A stretch of 64,000 nt of DNA. Source: Azolla caroliniana (Eukaryota; Plantae; Polypodiophyta). The translations under genes and the position numbers were made by a program. A model generated the notes under the pieces. That model did not search any database. It was not told where the DNA came from and was given only the letters and a program-made list of their open reading frames with translations. Shown here in pieces: positions 12,901 to 25,686 of this stretch (position 1 is the first letter of the stretch; every line of letters starts with the position of its first letter). Location of the stretch: assembly GCA_043228905.1 (NCBI GenBank), contig JBHGNT010000012.1, positions 11,718,001 to 11,782,000 on the forward strand, given 5' to 3'.

Positions 12901-13952
12901 ACCATAACACGCAGGCCGATCACTGCGTGTTTGTGAAGAAGTTCGAAGGAGGCGACTTCCTGATACTCCTTCTGTATGTGGATGACATGTTGATCGTCAG
13001 ACGGAACCAAGCCAGGATACGGATGCTGAAGAAGGCTCTCAACCTAACCTTCGCTATGAAAGACTTGGGTCCGGCAAGACAGATGTTGGGGATGCATATC
13101 ATCCGGAACCGGCCAACGAAGCAACTGTGGCTGTCACAGGAGAAATACGTGACAAAGGTGCTTCAGCGGTTCAACATGTTAGAAGCAAAACCAGTCGGAT
13201 CGACACTCCCGGCAAACTGTAGATTATCCGGTAAGCAAAGCCCGAAGACAAAAGCAGAGAAGGCTGATATGATGAAGGTTCCATATGCCTTTGCCGTCAG
13301 GAGCTTGATGTACGCAATGGTGTCTACCCAACCGGATATAGGCTACGCAGTCGGAGTGGTGAGCTGGTTTATGAGCAATCCCGACAAGGAGCACTAGAAC
13401 ACGGTCAAATGGATACTCCGTTACTTGAAGGGCACTTCGGATATGTGTCTCCGTTTCGGTTCCAGCAAACCTCAACTTGACGATTTTACCGATTCAGACA
13501 TGTCAGCTGATGTGGATACCAGCCGGTCTACATCCGGGTATGTAATGACATATGTAGGGGGAGCTGTTTCGTGGCAGTCGGGGCTACAGAAGATAGTTGC
13601 GTTGTCAACCACGGAAGCGGAGTACATGGCGGCTGTAGAAGCCGGCAAGGAAATATTATGGATGAAGGACTTCATCGGAGAGCTCGGTATTTGGCAAGAT
13701 GAATACCAGCTCTATTGCGACAGTCAAAGTGCCATCCACCTTGCTAAGAATGCGGCCTACCATTCCCGGACAAAGCATATCCAGCGAAGGTATCATTGGA
13801 TCCGGGAAAGAGTAGATGACCAGGAGTTCGCGCTGACGAAGATCCACACGGCCAAGAACGGATCAGATATGCTGACCAAAGTACTGATACCCGACAAGCT
13901 GGATGCATGCCGGAAGCGGATCGGACTAGTAAGACATCCCATGCCGGAGTGA
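9940..13952 (+). pseudogene. Copia C gag-pol, broken by stops and frameshifts
   Basis: Gag (NYSVWKSKM), CFYCGKPGHFQKNC knuckle, VVDSGASFH protease, integrase, RT LYVDDM, RNase H (TDSD, YCDSQSAI), in copia order. Confidence 0.93.
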
Positions 13953-16900
13953 AGGGGGAGTTTGTTAGGAAACAGGTCCCTCCGGATGGGAAGTGAGAAG
14001 AACAGTACTAATGATCGGCCTCGGCCGAAACCGGATGAGGAGTACCCGGCTACGGAAGACCCGGTGAGAACCGGATGAGGAGTACCCGGATACCGAAGAT
14101 CTGGTGAGAACCGGATGAGGAGTACCCGACTACGGAAGATCCGGTGAGAACCGGATGAGGAGTACCTGGCTACGGAAGACCCTGTGAGAACCAGATGAGG
14201 AGTACCCGGCAAGAGCCGGATGATGAAGGCCCGGTGAGAAGTGCTCACCAGATGAAGGGACATATTCGTAAATATGTTTTCTGAGAGTCCATCGGGGCTA
14301 TATTTGTAAATAGTCGAAAAGTCATATTAGTATAAATATGAATTAGGGCAAACTTAGAGGTTGTTGTTGTCATTCTTGTTGGTGCAAGTCTAGAGAGCGT
14401 GCAACAGTGTACAGAGAGAGAGAGAGAGAGGAAGAGGTCGTTGCCTCTGTTGTAACCGCCGCCTGTGGCGAAGATCGTGAGCACGAGGTCGTTGCCTCCG
14501 TGAGCTCACTGTTGTAATCATTGTGATATAGTGATAGTTTGGAGTCAGTGGACTCCCGTGGTTTTTCCCTCTCAGGGTTTTCCACGTTAAACATCATGTG
14601 TACTCTTCTCTCCTTTGTGTCGTGTCTTCTTTTATTCCCCGTTTTCGTGTTTGATTCTAACCTCGGTTGTGGCCGAGCGTTGTTCATCGGAGTGTGTAGT
14701 TCCTGTCAAGATCTTTGTATGGTCCCGTCCGACAATTAGCATGTCGTCCATGTACAAGAGGATGAGGAAATCTCCTCCATCAAATTTCTTCACAAATACG
14801 CAGTGATCGGCTTGTGTTTTGTGGTACCCATTGTCGGTCATGAAGGATTCGAATTTTCGGTACCATTGCCGAGGTGCTTGCTTCAACCCGTACAGGCTCT
14901 TCCTTAATCGGCATGCCAGGTTATCTTTAACTTTTTGCATGAATCCTTTCATCTGGTGCATGTATTTCTCTTCCTCCAAATCTCCATGGAGGAAGGCAGT
15001 CTTGAAGTCCAGTCTTGAGGTCCATGCTGGCCGAGATGCTTAGCACGGTTTGGATTGACGTCATCTTTACAACCAGGGCAAATATTTTTGTCTTCTCAAG
15101 CAACAGGTTCGATATCACCCTTCTTCTGTTGAAAACCTTTCACGACGATTTGTACTTTGTACTTGGGTGGATTTCCGCCATCTCCCGGTTTCAACTTGTA
15201 TACCCATCTATTCGGAAGTGCCTTCTTTCCTCTCGGAAGTTCGGTTAGTTCAAATGTGGGGTTCTCATGGAAAGAATCCATCTCCTCTTGGATGGCACTC
15301 AACCACTTTCGGTTGTGGGTATCTTCCTTTGCTTCTTCAAAGCTTTCCGGCTCCCCCTCATCTTCATCCGGATATCTTCGGGGGGCCCTCCTTTCTCTTA
15401 GGGGGTATCTATGCACTCCATTCAGCACAGTTGGTTCTTCTTCGACTTCTTCGGCCGATTCGAATTCGGTTCCTTGTTCGGCCATTTCCCCTCATTCTTC
15501 AGTCGGTTCTCGATTTTTCGGAGTATTAACTCGGCCGATTGGCTCGGTTCGATTTGGTGGTTGGAGACTTATTCTCAATCTCCCAATCAACTATTGTCTT
15601 TTCCTCCATGAAGACAATGTGGTGGCTCCTAATCACTTTCTTCTCGGCTAAGTCCCATAGCCGATAGCCAAATTCATCATTGCCATAGCCAAGAAATATA
15701 CTTGGCCGAGATTTCAGGTCTAGTTTTCCCCTTTGGTCTTTTGCCACATGCACATAGGCAAGACAACCGAACACCCTCAGATGTCGATATGAAACGTCTT
15801 TGCCACTCCACACCCTTTGTGGGATATCACCATCTAAGGGTACTGAGGGTGATCGGTTCATCACGTACGTTGCCATCATCAATGCCTCAACCCATAACGT
15901 CTTTAGTAACTTAGCATGTGCAAGCATACTTCGAACCCTTTCCATTACAGTCCGGTTCATTCTCTTTGCCAGTCCATTAAGCTTTGGCGTCGTCGGCACA
16001 GTATACTCAAGGTAGATTCCTTGATTTCGACAATATTCCTCGAATGGTCCACGATACTCTCTGCCATTGTCCGCTCGTACTGCCTTCAGTTTCCGGCCCG
16101 GTTCTCTCTCGGCCCTCGCTTGGAACTCTTTGAATATGGATAATACTTGATCCTTCATCTTCAGCATAGAAACCCACAACTTCTGGCGATAATCATCAAT
16201 GAAGGTCATGAAATACTGTGAGCCACCATGCGACTTCATGTCCACATAGCATACGTCCGTATGCACGAGTCCCAACGACATTTTCTTCCTCATTGGGGGC
16301 CTCGTTTGGAAAGATGTTCGATTCTGCTTACTGGCCAAGCAATCAATGCACTTCTCAAGTTGCATGTTATTCACCTTCGGAATGAGGTTGTCCTCGGCAA
16401 GCTTTCACATCCCCTTCTGGCTCATATGGCACAATCTCTTGTGCCACAGTTCACCGATCGTGTTGGCTGCCACGTTTGCTTCCCCTCAGCATATTCAAGC
16501 ATTGATTATGTATAGTGTGTTGGTCTTCCGAGCTCAAGCCATGATCAAACTTCCTCGGCAGAACTTCGTGACATCGTTTCGGATGCTACCCATGTAGCCT
16601 TCATCATCTAGCCGACCGACTGATATTCGGTTCAATCGAACCTCCGGAACGTGCCGTACATATCTCAACATGAGTCTGCACCTGGTTGAGGTTTCCAAAC
16701 ACACATCTCCAATGCCGAAAATTCGACATGCTCATTCATTTCCCATCTTTACAGATCTGAGACATTCGGCGATTGCTAACGTGTTCTTCTTGTCCGGGAT
16801 TTTCTTTGGCCCTATACCATCAGCTCCCCCTTTCTCCTTTCGAAAGTGTCCACAAATTTTCTAGAAGTGCACCGGTTTCCCATAATAGAAGAACGTGGGC

Positions 16901-17612
16901 CTCTCCCTAGACTTTGACGTAGTCCCCGACTTATCTCGGTTTCGGGGACTTCGATTTCGGCCTCTTCCTCGAATTGTGTCACCTTCCGTGACTAAGGCCT
17001 TTTGGTCGGTATTGGACTCTCGGTCCTTCCGGCGAGCGAGCTTCTTCATTTAGCAAGCTCAACTTCACCTGCTCTAGGGATAGATGCTTCCCTTCCAGCC
17101 CAGCGTTGCCTAAAATGACAATGAGCGTCTCCCAACTGTCCGGAAGTGATCCCAACAACAATAATGCTAATACCTCATTGGCCAGAGGTACTTCTAGAGA
17201 GGTAGTTTGGTTCATCAATCCTTGGAAGGCATTGATGTGCTCCGCTATACTGGAGCCATCCTGATACCGGAGCCTCACAATTTTTTGAAAGATTGAGAGT
17301 CGGTTCATGACGTTCTTGTTTTCGAACATGACGCCGATCTTTTTCCATAGGACGTCTGGTCTTGTTTCTTCACTGAAGTTGTTTTATAGAATCATGTCTA
17401 TAAAACACCTTATATATGAGACCGCCTTCAGATCCAATACTTCCCAAGTCGCTGCATTGATCTTGTCTGGTCTTTTATCTCCGAACTGCACTGGCAACCA
17501 GAGGTATTTATACATGAGCATGACTCTCATCTTCGACTTCCACATAGAGTAGTTGGAGCCGATTAGCTTAAAGATGCCACCGAACGAGTCTTCCATCGCT
17601 CTTATACCACTT

Positions 17613-18118
17613 TGTTAGGAATTGACCGACCACAACTGGTTGCACGTTCGTATTCGTGTGTAGAAACCAAGAACTAGTACACAAACACAAAACCTAAAGA
17701 CAAAGAGACACCGATGTTTTACGTGGAAAACCCGAAATGGGCAAAACCACGGGGGTTCACAAACCCCAAGAGAAACAGATCACTATAGTAGAGAGGAAGT
17801 ACAAAATATGGAACTTGGAGGCAACGACCTCGAGTTCTCCTTCATCTAGCAGGTGACTACAAAGTCACACTCTCACTCACGGTTTCAAAGGCAACTACCT
17901 TGTTCTAACTTGACAATAACGATCAATTACTATTTACTAAAGTTTGCCCTAGTTGCTTATAAACAAAAGCAACTTTCTGGCTATTTACAAGTATAGCCCA
18001 CAAGGGGCATTTTAGACTATTTACAATTATAGTCTTCCGAAACGATTTCAGTTTTCGATTTCAGTTTCTCACCCACACGTTACTTCTCTTCCCATCCGGA
18101 GGGACATGTTTCCCAACA
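17613..18118 (-). repeat. 5' LTR of copia B
   Basis: Homologous to 669-1208; followed on the minus strand by the PBS and gag ATG. Confidence 0.93.
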
Positions 18119-20027
18119 AGATTTTCCTCGGCAAGCTTCCGCATCCCCTTTTGACTCATGTGACATAGCCTCTTGTGCCACAACTCACTGGTTGTGCTAG
18201 CTGCCACATTTACTTCGTCCCGGCATAATTGAGCATGCATTAGATATAGTGTTTGTCTTCCAGGCTCGGGCCATAATTAGGCTTCCCTTGTAGAAAGTTA
18301 GAGTGTCATTCCGGATGTTGGACGTGTAGCCTTCATCATCTAACCGATCGACTGATATCAAATTCAATTTGACTTTTGGAACATGGCACACATCTCTCAA
18401 GACCATTCTACACCCGATTGACGTGAGCAAATGCACATCTCCAATACTGATGCTTCAGCATGCTCCTTTACTTCCCATCTTCACTAAGCCGTGGTCTCCA
18501 GCTGTGTAAGATGAGTAGCATTTCTGGTCGGGGTTCAAGTGGAACGACACCCCAGAATTGACCACCCATGTTGTTTCATCACTGACAAAGTTCACTTCAT
18601 TTTGCTTGCTAATCAGCAATATCTCCTCCTCACTTGTCATGATCGATGAGGTGCCTTTTCTGTCCGGAATCTTTCTTGGCTTTGCACCATCATCTCCCCC
18701 TTTCTCTTTCCCGAAGTGTCGACAATTCTTTTGGAAGTGCCCCGATTTCCCACAATAGAAGCATGTGGGCCTTCCTCTCGACTTCGACCTTGTCCCTGAT
18801 TTTTGCCAGTTTAGGGAACTTCTATTTCAGCCTCTTCCCCGGTTCATGTCACCGTCTATGACTAAGGCCATCAGGCCGGAAACTGACTCTCTATCCTTTG
18901 AGGAATCTTCCTCATTTAGCAAGCTCGACTTCACCGTATCTAGGGATAAGTGCCTCCCTTTCGGTTCGTCGTTGCCTAATGTGACCACCACCATTCCTCA
19001 GCTATCGGCAAGGGATCCCAGCTGCAACAACGCCAATACCTCATCGGCAAGAGGTACTTCTAGAGAGGTGGTTTGGTTGATTAGTCCTTGGAAGGCATTC
19101 AAGTGCTCTGCCAGGCTAGAACCATCCTGATACTGGAGTCTCACAATCTTCTGGAATATTGAGACTCTGTTGATAACATTTTTATTCTCGAACATAATGT
19201 CGATCTTCTCCTAGAGGAGCCTTGTTCTTTCATTGAAGTTGTTATATAGACTCATGTCTACAAAACATCTGATGTATGCTACTGCCTTCAGATGCATGTC
19301 TTCCCAAGTTGATGCATCAATCTGTCAGGCTTGGTCTTATTGTATTGCATTGACAACCATAAGACTTTGCACACCAACATGTCCCACATCTTCGACTTCC
19401 ACATTAAGTAGTGGAGCCGGTTAACTTGAACATTCCTTTGAGATGTTTCTCCATCACTCTAATACAAGTTTGTGAGGATCTTACCAGCCACAACTGGTTG
19501 GTACACATGTGTATGTGGGTGTAAAGATTGGAACTACAGAAATCACAAAAGACAAAAAGACAAAAACAGAGACACGATTTTTAACGTGGAAACCCTAATA
19601 GGGAAAAACCACAGGAGTCCACAAACTCCAAACTATATCACTATATGAGTAAGGCATACAATAAGAAACTTCAAGGCAACTAACTACCTTGAGTTCTTCT
19701 TCGTCAGCTCGACGCTTACATGGAGTCATTCTCACACACTCTCTCTCTTACTCTCTCTTAGTTACAAAGGCAACAACCAATAGTCACTCACCATCATCCT
19801 TTTTCAATGACTCTTCTTGCACATGTAAAATGATATGCCCTAGTTGTATTTATACTAATAGATCTTTTAGGGCTATTTACAATTATGGCCTGAATAAGTG
19901 TGACAAAAGCTATTTACAAAACTGGACTTTTTCGAATGCCTCTCCGGATCTGGTCTTTCTTCTTCCTTAGATCCAACTGATCCGGCTCATGCCTTGCTTC
20001 CCATCCGGAGGGACTTGTTTCCTAATA
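18119..20027 (-). mobile_element. Copia element A, 5' part (5' LTR ~19471-20027, gag, protease)
   Basis: Gag/protease fragments (TWVVNSGVSFH); decayed PBS at ~19455-19468; LTR terminus shares GTCCCTCCGGATGGGAAG with B and C. Confidence 0.85.
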
Positions 20028-21283
20028 GTAAACATATCATGGGCAAACATTAATCAATATCATAATCTTACCAACCACAACCGGTTGATACACATGTGTA
20101 TGTGGGTGCAAAGATTGGAACTACAGAAATCACAAAAGACAAAAAGACAAAAACAGAGGTGTTTTAAAAACCATGGGGGTGACAAATGAATGTCTTTCCC
20201 TGATCTCTATATCAATTTTTACATGGTGGCTCCCCAAGCCTCAACCATGTTTTTTCGCAATAAACTATGTCTCTATGCCGACCTTTGTGGATTTTACCCT
20301 TCCTATTACGAGGACCTCGAAGTGCACTTAGACCTAAAGTGTAAACAAGTTTTATAGTCATATGCACTAATAATGTTGTATGGTCTTGGTCATATTTGAA
20401 CGCGATACCTCAAGAACAAAGCCATTAAACAACTCTTGAGCTAACCAAATGGATTAGTCTTATTGAATGTATAATGTTTATGCGTGTGATAGATATGCAA
20501 AGGCATTTGCACATACGTTACCCAACCTCAAGTCTCATCATTACAATGGCATACCATAAGGAGAAACCTAATGGTCAAGCCAACACTAGCCTTTTTCTCC
20601 ATATTAGGCCCATGTGACCCATCACATGGTTACTCCATTATGAAGGCCTTTCATAAATATGATCTCATGGTGGCATCGTAATCATGTAACGAATGCAAAA
20701 TTTTGGATGCATCTTTCATAAGGGTGAGCTTACATGAAGTGGGTCAAGTCATTGTGGCCATGCTTATTTCGTTCTAACATGTAGCAAAATCAAGGTGATT
20801 AAGGGGGATAACAAAAAATAGTCTCTACACACACATAACATTCAAAGATATGGGTGAACGTAATACACAATCAAGTTATTGACCTCTTACGCGTATGACA
20901 CAAATCGCATATCTAATATATGACAATTGAGGTATTGAACTCATACACATCTGTACATATGTATGTGACTGTATTACGCATTCGAGGTATTGACCTCTTA
21001 CGCATACGACACAAATTGCATATCAAATACATGACAATGGAGGTATTGACCTCATATGCATATATAACATATGTACCCTTCATACAACCAAAGGATTACC
21101 ACTACAACATAATTGAATCATTGAAATGATTAGATAATGAAATAAATATGATTAAAATTGAGGAAGAAAGAATAGAAAATTAATAATAAAGGAAAATACC
21201 AAAGTTCCTTTGTTGACACGTTTTTGGATCATGCTCGAACGAATATCGATCGATCACTATAAAAAAACAAAACACAATAAAAG
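20028..21283 (-). mobile_element. Old chromovirus copy, 5' UTR (left part)
   Basis: Colinear diverged homology to 6590-8180; resumes at 31912. Confidence 0.88.
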
Positions 21284-23629
21284 TGTTATTGGGGTGCCCT
21301 CCCAAGGGGAGTTACGTTAGAGAGAGAGAAAGAGAGAGTGAAACAAGGATGACACCAAAATGAGAGGGAAAAGGGTAAAAGCATGCGAGTGGAAACACTA
21401 TTATAGCTAATTGGCTACTAAAATGGCCACAACTAATTAGCTATTTGTTTAGCTAGTTTTTTGTGGGAAAATCATAAGGATGGTTTACGAAATTTTATGT
21501 TTTATTAGTTAAATACATGTCATCTAATTTATCAGAATACTCAAATATTTGAACTTTGGTTTCTGACGTAGTGGAACATGGGGAATAGTGCCATCATCTA
21601 ACGCCGACTTGAATGTCATCAAATTCTTGATAATCCTGAGTTCGAGTTCAAACTCCAAATAGATGGAGTACTTTGAGCATGAACGCAGACGAAGCCCCCA
21701 CAGCGGCACAAAAACTCTGAGATCGACATTGCACCGTTAAAGCTACAACACATGAGCAAGTCAATCCTCATCCAGGTATGTATCAGTTACATATTAAAAA
21801 AGCTTTTTTTTTCCTTTCTAATAACTATCTATAACTTTGGTGCCTGTTCATCTTTCCCAAAAATCGAATAGGGCGAAGTCGTTGGAGTCCCAAACAAGGA
21901 TGTCTCGAAGATCGAGGTGTAGCAGCATGTGTGTTTCTAATTGACAGAATTTCGTAGTATGGTTGATTTCTGCCTTTAGTGATGATTAGGGTTTGTGTTT
22001 CCCTTAAGTGGTTTAGGGTTTCTAATTACAAATTTCAGTTTACAAGTTTCTGGTTACAAATTTCTAATTACAAATTTTTGATTACTGTCGCAATGTGTTG
22101 TAATTTTGCACCAATCCTCATGACAAATTCTGATTAGGGTTTCTGATACATGTTGAAAAGGACATATTCCAAATTTCAGATTACTGTCTCAAAGTGTTGT
22201 AATTTTGCACCAAATTCACATTAAAAATTCTGTTTTTGCACCAATTCTGATTTTCTATTTCAGGTGGCTCGTTCCTCCGTATCCTAGAGTGCTGAACTTC
22301 GCAAAATTTTGCGAGACAAAGGAGGACTTTCACAACATATATGGTCTATCGCTCGAGGGTATTGACCCTGTTGTTCTAACATATAGATTGATTAGTGATG
22401 TAGACTATGTCAGTATATAAAGTGCCTAGAGTGAAAGGCAAGGTCAAGCTCAAGCATGTACGACCGAACCTGTACGACGACTGCATGAGACTGCACCAGA
22501 AAGTACATCAAGAGTTCCCTGTCAACAACAAGTTGTCTGTTTCATTTGCTAGAGCTTTTGCATACAAGTAAGGCAAAACAACGAAGGAATTTGGTGACCC
22601 TGTAATGTATAGGGTAGCTTGGGCAATTTATGGTGAGGCATCGGTAGAAAGATGTTCGAAGATGGGGAGCTTGCAACAAAAAATGGCAAGATTTTGGAGC
22701 ATGGCAGTTGATGATGTAACTGCCGACTCCCAACAAACCCGCAAGTATACGCCACACCGACACACAATGAAAGCCAATGTCGATGATACAGGTGAGACAT
22801 TCATTAACTATATGCTAAAAAATGTTCATGAAGCCTGTGAGACATTGGAGTTTTTTAAGACTGATTTAGAGAAAGCCACATTGGCTGCTGCGATGGAGAG
22901 CAAAGTCAATTTGGCAGTGACAATAATCAGAAATACGATTGACGTACCTATTGTTTTGCTAGTATGTAATATGTTATAAATAACTTGTACATGAAAATGT
23001 GCTACTGAGGTATTACCTGGAACAAGTTGCTCAACATGAACTTGAAATTGAGGGGTTGTTGGATACCCAACGGAAAATTCAACTACAGATAGAGATCCAT
23101 ATTCTTTCAATGAACCTAAACCTTGTAGGTGTAAATATTGTCGTTGATTACAATTTGGAAAAGCTAAAAGTTAATGATTCTTGTTTCTTGTTGTTGTATC
23201 TTCCTTATTAAGGAATAATTAATCGGTAAATTTCTCAGCTGCGTTGAAGGAACAATATTCCCCTCAAGAAGAGGTAGTTAGTTGCCTTAAGAAGGAGCTA
23301 CTTTTGCGAAGGGGATGGTAAGGAAAAGACAAGAATTGGACCTGAACATTCTTGCTCCCTTACCAAATGAAGGAGAACCAGGAAACGATATATTGATTGT
23401 TCAAGCACGTTGCATCGCTTGTGGATTACATGTATAGGACAAATCTGCTACTTTGTTGGTTCACCTACAACCATGCCAACACACATACCATATCATTTGT
23501 TTTCAATATGCCTGTCGCATCGCTGCATTCTGTTTTGGGGATTGCAGTACAACTCTGCCAAATGAGTGGAAAAAACACATAGGTAAAATTGTTGTTTGGG
23601 ACCTTAGTGTAGCTAATTTGTTCCATCTT

Positions 23630-24895
23630 TGCTAATTAGGTAAGCTGTATAAAGTGTGGAAACTATTTAGCTATTATGGTTGTATTGTAGTAGCTAATTA
23701 CCTAACATGTAGTTAATTAGCTAAGTGGTAGCTAATTAGCTACTACCATAGTAGAATACAATAGCTAATTATCTACTACCACAATTTAGTTGAGTAACTA
23801 ATTAGCTAAGTGGTAGCTAATTAGCTACTACAATACTTTAGCTCAGTAGCTAATTAGGTACTACCATAGTTTAGTACAGTAGCTAATTAGCTTAGTGCTA
23901 CTACCATACTTTAGTTGAGTAGCTAATTAGCTACTACCATAGTTTAGTACAGTAGCTAATTAGCTACTATCATAGTTTAATAGAATAGCTAGTTAGCTAA
24001 GTAGTAGCTAATTAACTACTACCATACTTCAATTGAGTAGCTAATTATCTAAGTGGGAGCTAATTAGTTACTACCATAGTTTAGTACACTAATTAGCTAC
24101 CACCATACGTTAGTTGAGTAGCTAATTAGCTAAGTGGTCGCAAATTAACTACTACTATAGTTTAATATAGTAGCGAAATGATAGCTAATTAGCTACTACC
24201 ACAGTTTAGCACAAATAGCTAATTAGTTGAGTGGTAGCTAATTAGCTACTACCATGGTTTAGTACAATAGCTAATTAGCTACTACCATGGTTTAGTATAG
24301 TAGCTAATTAGCTACTACCATACGTTAGCTAAGTAGCTAATTAGTTATTACCATAGTTTAATATAGTAACTAATTAGCTAAATGGTAGCTAATTAGTTAT
24401 TACCAAAATTTTGTACAATAGCTAATTAGCTAAGTGGTAGCTAATTAACTACTACCATACTTTAGTTATAGTGGCTAATTAGCTAGTACCATACTTTAGT
24501 ACAATAGCTAATTAGCTAAGTGGTAGCTAATTAGCGACTACCATACTTTAGCTGAGTCGCTAATTAGCTAAGTGGTAGCTAATTAGCTACTACCATAGTT
24601 TAGTACAGTCGCTAATTAGCTAAGTGGTAGCTACTTAGCTAATATCATAGTTTAGTACAATAACTAATTAGCTAAGTAGTAGTTAATTACCTACCATCAT
24701 AGTTTAGTATAGTAGCTAATTAGTTACTACCATACTTTAGTTATAATGGCTAATTAGCTAGTAGCATACTTTATTTGAGTAGCTAACTAGCTAGTACCAT
24801 ACCTAAGCGAAGTAGCTAACTAGCTCAGTGGTAGCTAATTAGCTAATGTCATAGTCTAGGAGAATAGCTAGTGAGCTAAGATGTAGCTAATTCGT
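23630..24895. repeat. TAGCTAATTAGCTA palindromic satellite (type A), intronic
   Basis: Dozens of copies of the 14-bp palindrome separated by CTACCATAGTTTAGTACAG or AGTGG linkers. Confidence 0.95.
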
Positions 24896-25231
24896 GACCA
24901 TGTTGTTGTAGAATCTTGTAGATTAAGGAGGGCGCATGAGGTGTCTGGTGCTGATGACGATGGAACCGATGAGGAGATAATTGCCAACATGGCTGAAAGT
25001 AAGAGTCCTGTTATCACATCTCCTTCAGATCAGCTCCAACCTATTCCTTTGGAAGATGGTAATGAATTAGGCAACGATGTGAAAAGCCATGAATTATTGG
25101 AAACAACATGTAAATCTGAGGTTCACAACAATAGTGTGTTTGAACACTTGATGCAACATTTCTTCGAATCCCAAAACCTTGATTCCACCCCACTGAGCCC
25201 AACTACTGATAATGTCCAAACAGATCCCACT

Positions 25232-25686
25232 TATTATAGATCTTAGTACTAACGTAAGCTTAAGATAAGGATAATGAAAAGATAGATAGAAAGGAGAAAG
25301 AGAAAGAAGGGTGCCGATCCACCCGACCACCCCCGAGCGAAGGGATCGAGACGGACGCGAGCCTCGATCGGCGTCCCATACCACCGTCGTGGCGTCGAGT
25401 CGTACCTGGTGCTGGCGCGCTCGCTACAAGAGTTGACCCACCACACGAGCAGAGTCTCGATGTAGTCAAAAGATCCTCCAATGAGGGTAGCTAGGCCTCT
25501 TATTTATAGCGAAACCCAAGGCCCCCAGGCAAGTTCACACTTGACCTAATGGGTTGTCTCAATCCCGAGGATTAAAAGTAATCCTCCCCTTCTTTACACT
25601 CTCATTTAACCCTCACACTTATCCACGTGTATAGATTACTACGGTAAATTCTTACCACGGGATATTATATGGTCATGCTCGTAACA
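25232..25686 (-). mobile_element. Solo LTR of the young chromovirus family
   Basis: 455 bp, near-identical to 1652-2106; TSD CCACT on both sides; empty site in the paralog at ~42636. Confidence 0.97.

Larger units (their letters stand above)
9176..14708 (+). mobile_element. Ty1/copia element C (Tnt1/Tto1-like), full-length, degenerate, inserted in the RT of element B
   Basis: 746-bp TG..CA LTRs at 9176-9921 and 13963-14708; TSD AGATC at 9171-9175 and 14709-14713; PBS TGGTATCAGAGC at 9925-9936; PPT at 13950-13962. Confidence 0.96.
669..18118 (-). mobile_element. Ty1/copia element B (Tnt1/Tto1 'Tork'-like), full-length, degenerate, hosting two nested elements
   Basis: TG..CA LTRs at 669-1208 and 17613-18118; TSD AGATT at 664-668 and 18119-18123; tRNA-iMet-type PBS TGGTATAAGAGC at ~17598-17609; PPT TGAAGGGGGAGTT at 1209-1221. 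Gag MEDSFGGIFKLIGSNY, integrase, RT LYMDDM and RNase H fragments with stops and frameshifts. Confidence 0.93.

Noticed and set aside
21752-21781. ATG..CAG|GTATGT as the first exon of the RING gene
   Set aside because: The phase-0 donor does not match the phase-2 acceptor at 22263; an intervening exon could not be resolved.
21985-22145. Interstitial telomere
   Set aside because: Only three isolated TTAGGGTTT telo-box-like motifs, not a tandem array.
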